A stretch of 63,596 bases of DNA, counting the filler, from Intoshia linei (lineage: Eukaryota > Animalia > Orthonectida), in assembly GCA_001642005.1 (NCBI GenBank). It is 10 parts of 10 records of this genome, joined end to end, with 100 filler letters (N's around TTAATTAATTAA, not from the genome) between each part and the next. Parts side by side here need not be neighbours in the genome. Positions count along the whole stretch, not along the records: positions 13,159 to 16,989 come from LWCA01002028.1; positions 17,090 to 31,012 come from LWCA01000989.1; 8 more parts are not named here. One strand, given 5' to 3'. The notes under the pieces are model-generated. The model was not told the DNA's origin and searched no databases. It was given only the letters and a program-made list of their open reading frames with translations. Shown here piece after piece: positions 13,159-24,294 of this stretch (positions are counted from its first letter, which is position 1; each line of letters begins with the position of its first letter). Made by a program: the position numbers and the translations under genes.

Positions 13159-15393
13159 ATCGTAAGATTCTAATCAACAATAGGTATATTAGTTGGTAGT
13201 TTATCAAAAATTCTTGTATTGTCTACGGTACATCAATTTTATTAATATCAAATTAAAATTTATATCGCATTAAATTTTTATTATATTTATTTATAGGTTG
13301 TTGTAAAATTTGGTCAAAAATTGGAACATACTTTTTTAACAAAGTTGAATAGTCTTCCTTACGAGGTATGAAAGTTTAAATATAATATTCATTATAGTAG
13401 GATATTACTGTAAAAGAAATCGAAATACCCAAAGAAAAAGAAAAAAAAATAGACTTACCAAAGATAATAAACAAACCTACACCTACACCCTTACCTAAAA
13501 AAATTGTAATTTACACTTTAATTTGGTATACAAATTATTAGATCGAAGTTAAGTTTCCTCCTGTTGTCTCCAGTAAAAAATTAGATGTTCTAGATATGTC
13601 AAAAAATATTCAGCGTCGGGAGAGTACACGAACAATTAAAAAACCAAAAAACGATACAGATTTATTTTCCGAAAAAGAAAAAAGATTGAAACTCAATGAT
13701 AACATGAAAGGTTGTCTAAATATAATTAAAGAACTTTTATCTCGAAAACATGCGGTATGTATTTTATTTAATTGTAATTTATTTATAAAAGGATTACTGT
13801 TGGCATTTTCATGAACCCGTTAACATTAAAATTGTTTCGGATTATCTTTCTGTTATCGAGCGACCTATGGATTTCACCACTATACTTAAAAAAATTAATA
13901 ACGGAGAATATTCAAGTCCAAGATTGTTTGTGGATGATGTACGTTTAGTCTTTACAAATTGTTATCGATACAATGATGAAGATTCTATTTTAGTCAATTC
14001 TGCTCAAAAGTCACAAAGGGTGTTCGAATATAGACTGAGTAGAGTTCCTAACTTGAGTGACTTTCTAAGCATCACTCCTAGTTGTATTAATTCAACTTCA
14101 GAGGACCAACTCACTTTTGATAGCAATAAACTTATTGAATTGCAACAAGATGTACAAAATATTAATAATAAAATATCTAAAATGATAGATGAAAAATCTG
14201 GTAATAATACGTATAGGATTATAAATGGTAACTTGGCAACGAATGGTACCAAATTATCAGTTTCAAAAAGAGTCAGACAAAATTCTATATCTAATACCAT
14301 TAAAAAACCCAAATTATCTAACATAGAAACAAATAAAATTACAACTAATAAAACACCAAAGAGTGCAACAGTTGAACCAATTAGCGATATCTTAATCAAT
14401 GGTCAAAGCAAAGTTATCACATCTGAAATAAACCCTAAAAAGATGTGCCCATCTTTCTCCGATGTTGACAGTGTTCATAATTACGAAGACGACGATGATG
14501 ATGAAAACGACGACTGCAGTATAATGACATATGACCAGAAGAGACAACTATCTCTTGATATTAATAAACTACCTGCTAACCATTTGGGTGAAATTGTGGA
14601 AATTTTACAGCATAATGATGAGAGATTAAGAGAGGATCATCCTGAAGAAATAGAAATTGATTTTGAGACTCTTCAGTCGAAAACTCTTAAGCAATTACAA
14701 AAATATGTTGCAGATTTTTATAAAAAGAAAAATAAACCGTACAAGTTACCTAAACAAAATGTATCCTCTCGTGAAGAAGCTCAACAATTAAAAAAAATAG
14801 AATTAGAACGACGTTTAGATGAAGTAAATTCTAAGTTATTCTATTCTGGAAACAAAAAATTTTTTAAAAAACCCCATAAATCAAACGAATTAAATCTTAG
14901 TGAGGATTCTGATAGTTCTGAGTGTTCTGATAAAGTTGATAACGATGTTAAATGTAACACAAATTCAGATGAACCTGAAAAATTATTTAAAGATAAAACA
15001 GTACCTGATCAAGACCCGCGGGATAAGGCCACATTGCTTCGCATCGAGCAGAAACGCAAAGAAAATGCTGAATTGTTAGAAAATAGAAGGTTAATTTCAT
15101 GAACTATTAAGTATATTTTATTTTAGAGTTATTTTTGAAGCCGAACGAGCTCAAATACTTGCTGAAGCAGCAAAGAAAGACTTACCTCTTAAAGCCAAAT
15201 CTGAACAAGAACACTCTAACGAAGAAATTCTAGCTGCCCGAGATAAACTGAGAAAGGAAAAATTAGAAATTCGCAAAAACATGGTTTCATCTTGTTTATA
15301 TAATGTTAACATTTTTAGATGTCTAATCAAAATTCAAAAATGGATCTCACACAACAAGGTGAATTAATGGCTTCCTTTGAAGATGGTCTTTAA
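13159..15393 (+). CDS. BET-family bromodomain protein (BRD2/3/4-like): end of BD1, BD2, ET domain and C-terminal motif; 5' part in a gap
   Basis: BD2 KELLSRKHA|DYCWHFHEPV..PMDF..DVRLVFTNCYRYN; ET domain MTYDQKRQLSLDINKLP..EEIEIDFETL; terminal DLTQQGELMASFEDGL* resembles the BRD4/BRDT C-terminal motif. Short GT-AG introns, e.g. 13755-13791. Confidence 0.92.
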
Positions 15394-15446
15394 TAACTTG
15401 TAATTAATTTATGTCAATAGTATAATTTGTGTACATAAAATAAATT

Positions 15447-15717
15447 CTAATTTTTTGTTTTTTTCCAACTAGTGGTAGCTTTGCTGGTTATATCATTTTT
15501 ATCTATTGGTTTTAGTTTTGAAGCTTTGACAATATCACTAAATGTGTAAATAACATTAAAAATCATTATACCAAAATTCTTCATAATTCTCCACTTTTTG
15601 GTGTACTGCAGCAAATTTAGCATCGTTTTCTCTCCAATAAGTTTGATCCTTCTTAACATCATTGTTATATTCTAATTCTAACTTATCTAGATTTATGTCG
15701 GTTTCGTAATTGGACAT
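15447..15717 (-). CDS. CCDC103: CCDC103/DNAAF19-like dynein attachment factor, 78 aa, N-terminal domain only; exons 15717-15572 and 15537-15447
   Basis: MSNYETDINLDKLELEYNNDVKKDQTYWRENDAKFAAVHQKVENYEEFCDIVKASKLKPIDKNDITSKATTSWKKTKN* matches the CCDC103 pattern IN..LE.E...D..Y.RENxAK..AV.Q.V..YEEF..IV.AS.LKP. One 34-nt GT-AG intron. The ORF track missed the spliced protein. Confidence 0.88.
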
Positions 15718-15762
15718 TTTTTAGTTTTATTTATACCATCTATACATTGTTAAACAATTTAC

Positions 15763-16373
15763 TTATGTATCCACAACTTCGTATCTAAACATAATATAAA
15801 CAAAAATATGTGTTACAAACTGGCTCAGTCGACGTCTAAGTTGTTTTATTTTTTCATTCTTATTTAGCAGCATTATCTTCATATTCTTGAATGGTGCAGT
15901 CATTGAAACTTTTTTTTCTAATTCCTAAATTACTATATAATCAAAATGACATAATCAACCTTTTCACTCATGTCCAGTAAATTACGCAAATTCATTAGTT
16001 CCTCTTGTTTTTTTGTCAATTGCGAAGTAAGATCGGAATCATTCGTCTGCGATATATTACTTTTCTACGTTTATTATTTCACATTAGATTTATTTATATT
16101 ATCAGATTACCTCTATCATAGATTTTTTTAATGATTCAATCTGTCTATTAAGATATGCCAATTCGAGTTCAGCCTCAACTTTTTCCTATTCAAATATAAT
16201 AATAGTAGATGTAAACCTACCTCTTCTATTTCATTTATATTAGAACGTGATGTTTCTGTTATAGTGGCAGTTACACAATTCTGCTACAATGTATATTCAT
16301 TATTAATCTGTAATACCTTTTCTTTTAATTCTTTTTCCAATATGGCATTTACAGTGTTGAGTTTTTCAACCTC
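15763..16373 (-). CDS. LZTFL1: Leucine zipper transcription factor-like 1 (BBS17), six 3' exons; 5' part not visible
   Basis: The spliced C-terminus ELEKKVSMTAPFKNMKIMLLNKNEKIKQLRRRLSQYEVVDT* matches the LZTFL1 C-terminus (ELEKKF..T..Y.NMK..L.KKN.QIK.LR.RL..YE). Upstream coiled-coil exons are separated by short GT-AG introns, mostly 33-36 nt. Confidence 0.85.
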
Positions 16374-16937
16374 CTATTTTATAATTAATATATTTAAATT
16401 TTTGACCAATCAAATAATTTAAGAATTAACTATTTAATTGAAACATAAATGAATCGTTGATATTATTTGTGATATTACAAGATATCTATGAATATTTTTA
16501 AGATTGTACTGTTTTTACTTTATTTTTAAGATTATACACATTCTGTTCACAAAATGGTTTATACAAATGTTAATAAAATTAAGGTGAAATAATTAACTTC
16601 AAATTAAAAGGTCCAGGTGAAACAAGTTGGGAACTACTTTAAAGCATTGATAATTATTTATTACACTGTCAAACATTGCAAAAATAAACTTAATGTAACA
16701 TATATTAAAATAATCAGCTGACTTTTGCGATTCTAACGATATACATATTTTTATAATTGAAGAACTAAAATATGATATTTTAATTACTAATTTTACTATT
16801 CTATTAAATTTTTACCCACAAAAAAAACACAGTGACATGCTTTACATGTCAAATAAAGTTTTTATTACATATTTCAATTAATTAAAGCGATGAGTCAATT
16901 TGATAATTGCATTCTCACGAAACATTTAAACCAAGAA

Positions 16938-16989
16938 TATTAGGTCGTTTCATAAGTAATGTCGTTTTTATTGTAACTTTATTATAAAT
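16938..16989 (+). mobile_element. mariner-like TIR end at a contig edge
   Basis: TATTAGGTCGTTTCATAAGTAATGTCGTTTTTATTGTAACTTTATTATAAAT is nearly identical to 61972-62024. Both copies run into gaps. TA+TTAGGTTG is typical of mariner ends. Confidence 0.6.
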
Positions 16990-17118
16990 NNNNNNNNNNN
17001 NNNNNNNNNNNNNNNNNNNNNNNNNNNNNNNNNTTAATTAATTAANNNNNNNNNNNNNNNNNNNNNNNNNNNNNNNNNNNNNNNNNNNNCCTTTTATTAT
17101 TTTTATTATTATTTATAG

Positions 17119-20100
17119 AATTTAACTGGTGAAAATTTAAATGAATTGGATGAAGATGTGTCAATCATAGCCAAGTAATTTTAAAAATGTTCATCCGTTG
17201 AAATAATATAGCACACTCATTCTAAAAAGAAGTTTAAAAAGGGGTGAGGCTCCATATGGGTCGCTGATAATTTAAAAGAAATGTATATTGGGTATTCGAC
17301 GTGTATAAAAAAAATAAATTTTTTTCTACACACCCCTCGAAAAAAATTTATATACGTTACCTAATCTAAAAACCAATTACAAAAGTAATAAATATGTTGG
17401 ACTAAATTGCATGCAGAAACAATACATGATTGTAATTTACGAATCATATCAAAAAAATCCATTTATAATTTTTATGTTTTTTACATTTATAATTACATTA
17501 ATTACATAATCAGTACCGAATCTACCGTACCCAAATACTCCGTCGGTAGGGCCCAGACGAAATTTTTGTAAAATTGGGCTTTAAAAATAATTTTCTTGAA
17601 TATCATAATCGTATGTCGTTAGGAAAATTTGTAGGGCTATTTTTCATTTTCGGGTGACCTCGAGCTGGGTAGCTTCGGTTCTGTGTATAATTGACACGGC
17701 TCGGACATGTAAAATTTAAAAAATGTGAAAAAATTATTTACATTTTTTAAATAGTTAGAAAACGTTTATGAAATATAAATTTTGTAAAAACTGATAATTT
17801 ATATTAATTTCATATTACATTCATGTATTTAAAATTTATTTAATATTTTAGAACCGACTATATATCGGCTGTAGATGATTTAGCATTTGATATTTATCAG
17901 GATCCACAAGTTGCTACAATAATCAGAAAGTTGGAAGAAAAAAAATTAAAGCATGTTAATTGTAATAATAATACAGCCGTATAAAGTATACATATATTAC
18001 TAAGTTTAATAAACGTAATGCATTGTATACTAAGAATCTCTCAATTTTAAAAATTATTATGGCTAATTTAGTTTTTTCCAGTTCAAATGAATTATACATA
18101 ATGTAATATCATAATTGTTATGGAAAAAATTTCAATCTCATAAATTAACGCCTTCATGATCAAAAAAGCACTTTACTATTTATTTTTTTTTATTAGCAAA
18201 TTATGTAATTATCACAAAGATATTTTAATGAAATTAAAAACCTTTTATTTTTCATTCTTTTTTCTGTTCAAAATAGTGACATAATCAATTATCATAACTA
18301 TAAATTATCTAATCACATATTTATATTTAATCAATGTCTTTTTGTTGAAATAAAATTTTTTAAGCTTCAAATAATTCCCGTGATCGCACATATTCCACAT
18401 AAACCTTAATCTATAAATATTATATAAAAACTAATACATGAAACTAGACGAAGACTACGAAGAAGCCAAAAATATAAAAAACACAATTGCAAAATTACAA
18501 AAGGTTAATCACAAAATTTAAGACTTAATAAATTTTAATTACATGTAGTTAATTTATAATTATTAGGGAATATATTATAAAATTCATTGTATTTCAATAG
18601 ATTGGGGAAGAATTGGCAAAATTTGAAATTGAAAAACTGCAAGCAATAGAAATTGAAAATTATGATGTAGCAAAAGAAAAAAAAACTCAAATGGAAAATT
18701 ATCGCCAAATTATATTTAAAGATTTGGGCGTAGAAGAAATTTTGAATGATATCGATGTAATTATATTTACGTTTTTTAGATTTACCAATGATTTTAATTT
18801 TTCATTCTACCTACAGAGTTGATCATATCATTATAATAATTTTTTATATATTTATTTTATGGCTATATATTTTTTATTAATTAAACCAAAATAATTATTT
18901 TAAGAAACAAACTACTTTTGAATTATACTACATCAAATAAAAAATTTAATAACATATTTATAATTAAAAAATGATGATTAAATCACCGTTTAAATAATAT
19001 ATCTAAAAAATTGTGTATTAATCACTAATAACCGCTAACTAGTATCAGCCAGTAATATTATTATATATTTTATGTACATTATTTAAATATTGTATTTATG
19101 TATACAGTCAATTCTGTTCTATATGAACATCCTAGAATATGAACTCATCTCAATATGAACACGACAATTTTGTTTGAACAAACATTGATTGGACATTTCG
19201 AAACTTTTAATTATATTATTATCGCCATTCATATATGTTCATATTACAGTATAATATGAATATGATCAAAACCTGGTCCCTTCATGTTCATATAGAACAG
19301 AATTGACTGTACATGTATATATTACACATGTATTTAAATATGTCATGTATGATTTTGTAATGAAATGAATTTTTTGTCAGGCCGGCTTAGTCAGTCTTGA
19401 CGGGATATATTTTAAATAGAATAGTTGAGATGTTTACATATAATGTAGTACATCTTAGAATCAAAACACCATTAACGATAAAAAGGAAGACGAACCGATC
19501 AAAGGTAAGATTATTTAATAATATAATATTTATTTAATTTTTAATAATAATAATTAGTACCTGTAGTTTAATTTATAGTAATTAAATTTTTTTTCTATTT
19601 AATTTAATATTTATTGTCACCATTAATCGATATTAATCTCTATTTACCGATAATCGGGTTTACGTGTTTTCTTTTTTCTTTTGAATTATACCCGTAATTT
19701 AAATATTTTTAGAATACCCAATACCTGAAAAAGTAATAACACCTACACCTCAAAACGAACAACAACAATTATCAGCATATAACCAATATAATGAAAAACC
19801 TCTACCTGCAAATGCTTACTCAAAGTAAAAATAATAAAATTTTGATAAATTAAAGTTAATAAATAACATGAATACATCTTAAAAGTGCCTCTCGTGTCAT
19901 TCTCTCGAATGCCATATTATCAATTAATTTAATTTTTAGTTTAAGCAACAAAGAAAAAAAAAAACAACCTTTGAACCCTCAAATCCCTAATGAAGACGGG
20001 TAATAATTATAATAAATATGATATAAACTAAACATCCAATAAACCTATGTAGAAAATGTCGGCCACCCTCATTCAATAACATAAATATAAACAATTCGAC

Positions 20101-23100
20101 ATTTTAATTTATATTATTATTTATAATTGAATTGATAAACTCTGCAGTGTCTTAAAATAATTAGTTATCTAAGATACCACTTTTTCATTTTTTTGTTCCA
20201 TTATGGGCCATAATTTACTGTTCTACTCAAATACGTTTTGAGTCTACGCAAAACAAAATATTACACAATCAGTCTTGAAAATCTGCAATTTACTTGTTAT
20301 TCTTAAATGGTGTTTAATTTTAGATAAAATTGATTATGTTTATTATTATTACGCACATTCTGGTTTACGTTTGAATTATTTTTAGAACCGATGTAAATTC
20401 AAATTATTCCCTAAAATCACTCAAAGAACACGATGAGCGTGAATCTAGTAATGTGACGGATGTATTAGGAATAGAATCTTCGCAAAAAATTTTTAATAAA
20501 AAGTGGACACTCAGATCCGAATCATTAAACGATATGATTAATTATTTGGAGGATGAATCTAGTAAAGATGATTCTAAACTTACCCTCAAAGCATGTGTTT
20601 ATATGCTAACGAAATTACTAAATGATAACGTTTTTGCGGTAAATCTCAACTTATTCACATTCCAATTTAATATAATTAGGTATTCATCAAAGCAACAGAT
20701 TTATATAGAAAATTAGTATCTAAAGCTAGCGTTTTAAAGTAATTATAAATATAAATAATTATTTTATGTTACGCAGTGTTGGTTCCATGAAATCAATCTA
20801 AAAAACATTGAAAAATTCAATTTTAAACATTTAGGAATAATATTTTCCTATTCACACATATATATGTTAATATCTAAATCAGGCTTATCATTTTTGATCA
20901 TTTTGTAAACGAGTACACAAATTTTTTGTTTTCAAGAATAACATCCAAATTCATAATTATCATAAAAATATGGACAGATTTGCGTTAATAGTTTTAGCAA
21001 TTATCACTTTTTAAAAAATAAAGAAAAGTGCTAAACTGAATGCGGGATGTAGTAGTAGTGAATGATAAATAACACGTAGCTGCTTAATAATTTTTAGATT
21101 TACAAAGTCTGACATTAATTTTATAATTGACAAAACATTTCCCGTATTATTTCCAAGATGTGGTGATATGGTAAAAAAAAATATATTTATGTTAATTAAT
21201 CATTTAGTCGCTAAGGCTTAGAGATTCAACCAAATCATTTATTATGGAGGTCTCAAACATGCCAGATATCAAAGTATATTGTTCAATTATAGCAAAATAA
21301 AAAATTTATTTTAAATATTATAAATATCCTTTAGTCTACACCTTTTGCTATTAAAGAATGCCTCAAACCTTTAAAACCAAACACACCATCACGCATTGGA
21401 ATATGTCGAACTGAAATTGTTGAACTATTATACGATAACCACAACATTAACCAATAGTAATTTTTTTCATGATATTATGTACGAGTTTGACTTTTATATA
21501 GTTCGTACATAATATATAATAATAATAAGTACATTAGCGTGTCATTTTTTCGAAAATTTTAGAATTGGATGGGCAATTAGCACTAGAAGTGTTTATTTTT
21601 AAAATAGAAAAACTAATTCGCAATTAAAAATATTTAACGCTATCTATTTGAGTTGCGTTTGTCATTTTAAATATCACTGTAAAAATATTATGGAGATTTT
21701 AAAACTGAACTTAACTTTAACCGAACTTGGAGTTTGAGCTTTTAAACGTGGTACCGATTTTATAATATTGTTCTTCATGTTTAGTTATACAGTTTATTTT
21801 TTTAAATTTGTTTATAGCTTAATTTTTTTGGATTTTATTAACGATTTAATTTCTCGAATTCTGGCAATTTACATTATTTAAATTGTATTCAATGCATAAT
21901 ATGCATTGCAGTATCGTAAATTTTAAATCACATTGAAATTTAAAAGGCTTCTAAATAGAAAAAGAAAACTTAAAGATTTAATAAGGCAGATAATTGTCTT
22001 TATAGTCTATTCTATTTACTGATTTATTATTTAGTAAATTTATTTTTTACATGTTAATACAAATATAATTTTTAGAAAAAATTTAATTAAAAAAATAATT
22101 AATTCATTTCTGTTGTAAAAATGGATTATTAGATAAAATAGATTTTAATTTTTTGACTTTAAATTTTACAATTTGTATTACCATTTACATTTTATTGCAA
22201 TTAACCTTGAATTTAAAGGTTTTTTCTACTGTAACTATAGTTTTTAATTCTCTATCTCGCCAACTTTTTATAAAATATAGACGAAATCCCAGAATATCGA
22301 ATTATAGAGAGTACATGTATTATAAATATAATCATTTTAGCCTTACCTTGCCTATTTTAATGAAATTTTGTGTTGTTGGACTTCGAAACAATTTTAGTCA
22401 AGTTAGAGAACTATGCACTAATCTTATTTTAAAATTGTACAAAAATGATAAAAATACGAAAAATTATTTACACTCCGACGATGAAAATACAAGAAAAAAT
22501 TTAATTTATCGATTCATTTTTGATTCCTTTGATAGAATTGACGGAAAACCAACTAGATCAGAACTTGAAGTAAATTTTTTTCATTTAGTATAATAATAAT
22601 CATTATGTTAAGATAATACAGTGTATAATATTAAATTCAGATATCATTTTTAATATTTTTTTGTACTTTAATAATTATGAATATAAATATACTAGGTTGA
22701 CTGTTATGTACTACGTACAAACATCGCCTAGCTCTGCCGATGGCATATTTTTATTCTACCAAAAATATAAATTCATGTTGAAAATCTAACTTAAAAATCC
22801 TACTATTTACTATTATCAATCCTTTAAAGGAGTGGTTCCCAAACTTGTTTCAGGTAGAACCGTCATATCATATTACTTTTTACTTTAAATTGAATTATTC
22901 CTTCTTAATTTTAAACTATAATTATAAATAACATTATTTATTCATGAATAACAACCAATTTGTACATTAGAAAGAAAAATTAATGAAAGAAGAAAACCAT
23001 AAAGAAAAAATGCGCGCTGAACAAGAAAAACAACTCCAACAACAATTGGAAGAAAATCGAAAATTGAGAGAAAATTTTATGGTACGATAATAATTAACAT

Positions 23101-23680
23101 AATTACACAATACTTTTAGTCAAATAAAAATAGAAATTCAGAACCAAAAAAATCACAAGAAATAGAAGATGATGACAAACTTCAAAGGTTTTTTATATTT
23201 TTCGAGTTAAATTTAAAATAATTTTTATAATTTAGTACTTGTATATTTTGTGGTAAATACAACGCTGATTTCGGAAAAGAAGACGGATCAAAATTATTGG
23301 ATATGCATTATTGGAAATCTTGTCCAATGCTACATAAATGTCCAAATTGTTCTCAAGTTATTGAAATTCGATCTTATTCTCAGCATTTATTGAATGATTG
23401 CAAGAAAAAGGACGAATTTATAGCATGTTCCAAGTGTACTGAATCAATATCTGAAAAACAATTTACTACCCATCAAAAACAAAAATATTGTTCAGGTAAT
23501 ATTAATTTTAATTAGACATTTTAAAATTTTATGTTTTAATATAATTTATTAGATTTACCTAAAAACCACGACCATTGCCCACTTTGCCATGAAAATTTCC
23601 CTGAAGATGGTGAAGCTGGATGGAGGGAACATTTAATGTCTAAAAGTGAAAAAGTTCGTTGTAAATATAAAAAATCGTAA
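17119..23680 (+). CDS. CEP104: Centrosomal protein 104 (coiled coil, TOG domain, C2HC zinc fingers); about 17 exons visible, N-terminus in a gap
   Basis: DYISAVDDLAFDIYQDPQVATIIRKLEEKK; IGEELAKFEIEKLQAIEIENYDVAKEKKTQMENYR; TOG segment IFNKKWTLRSE; RKNLIYRFIFDSFDRIDGKP; CIFCG..LDMHYWKSCPML..C..C; HCPLCH..GEAGWREHLM. Confidence 0.93.
17511..17683. mobile_element. hAT-like MITE, same family as 4324-4527
   Basis: TIRs CAGTACCGAATCTACC / GGTAGCTTCGGTTCTG; 8-bp TSD TACATAAT/TGTATAAT. Confidence 0.65.
19105..19309. mobile_element. Tc1/pogo-type MITE in a CEP104 intron
   Basis: Perfect 26-bp TIRs CAGTCAATTCTGTTCTATATGAACAT flanked by TA on both sides. Confidence 0.9.
22692..22912 (-). mobile_element. 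Helitron 3' fragment in a CEP104 intron
   Basis: A|CTAGGTTGACTGTTATGTACTACGTACAAAC terminus matches the family consensus. Confidence 0.8.
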
Positions 23681-24294
23681 TTTCAACAACGTTGGTGATT
23701 ACTCAAATAATTGTGTAATTTAATAAATTGTTATGTTATTATCGATGATAGTTTTAAGTATAGATTGTAAATGGTATTTGTTAAAATAGAATATAATGTT
23801 CGCATTTTACAAGCAAAAATTAATTTCAACAACCCATACACATACCAAATGATGCCCTATGAATCACTGAACGCATGACTTTGCTTTGTTCTCATCACGA
23901 TACTCTGATATGAAGTTCATATTCTTTAGATGAAAAATTTCATATTTATTCATAGGTTAGTTTTATCTGTTTTAATAAGGGCACAGGTTAATGTATATGT
24001 ATATAACATTAAATATTGTTAATAGTTAAATTAATTTATGAATTAATGAATCTGTATATATACAGATTTATATTTAACTTCGACAAACGAGACTAGGATG
24101 AAGAAATATTCTTGGATAATACTGAACTTGAAAAAAAACCTGATATTATCGAAACAGAAATAGTAGATGTTACCGTTAATAATATCTAAGATCAATAAGA
24201 AAAAACAATGTTATAAATAAACGGTAACACAGACTTTCAATTTTGTATAAGTAAAGGATTACTTTGCAACATGACAGAAATAATTAATATATAT

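Noticed and set aside
14004-14399. 131-aa antisense ORF
   Set aside because: Shadow of the BET exon; no independent evidence.
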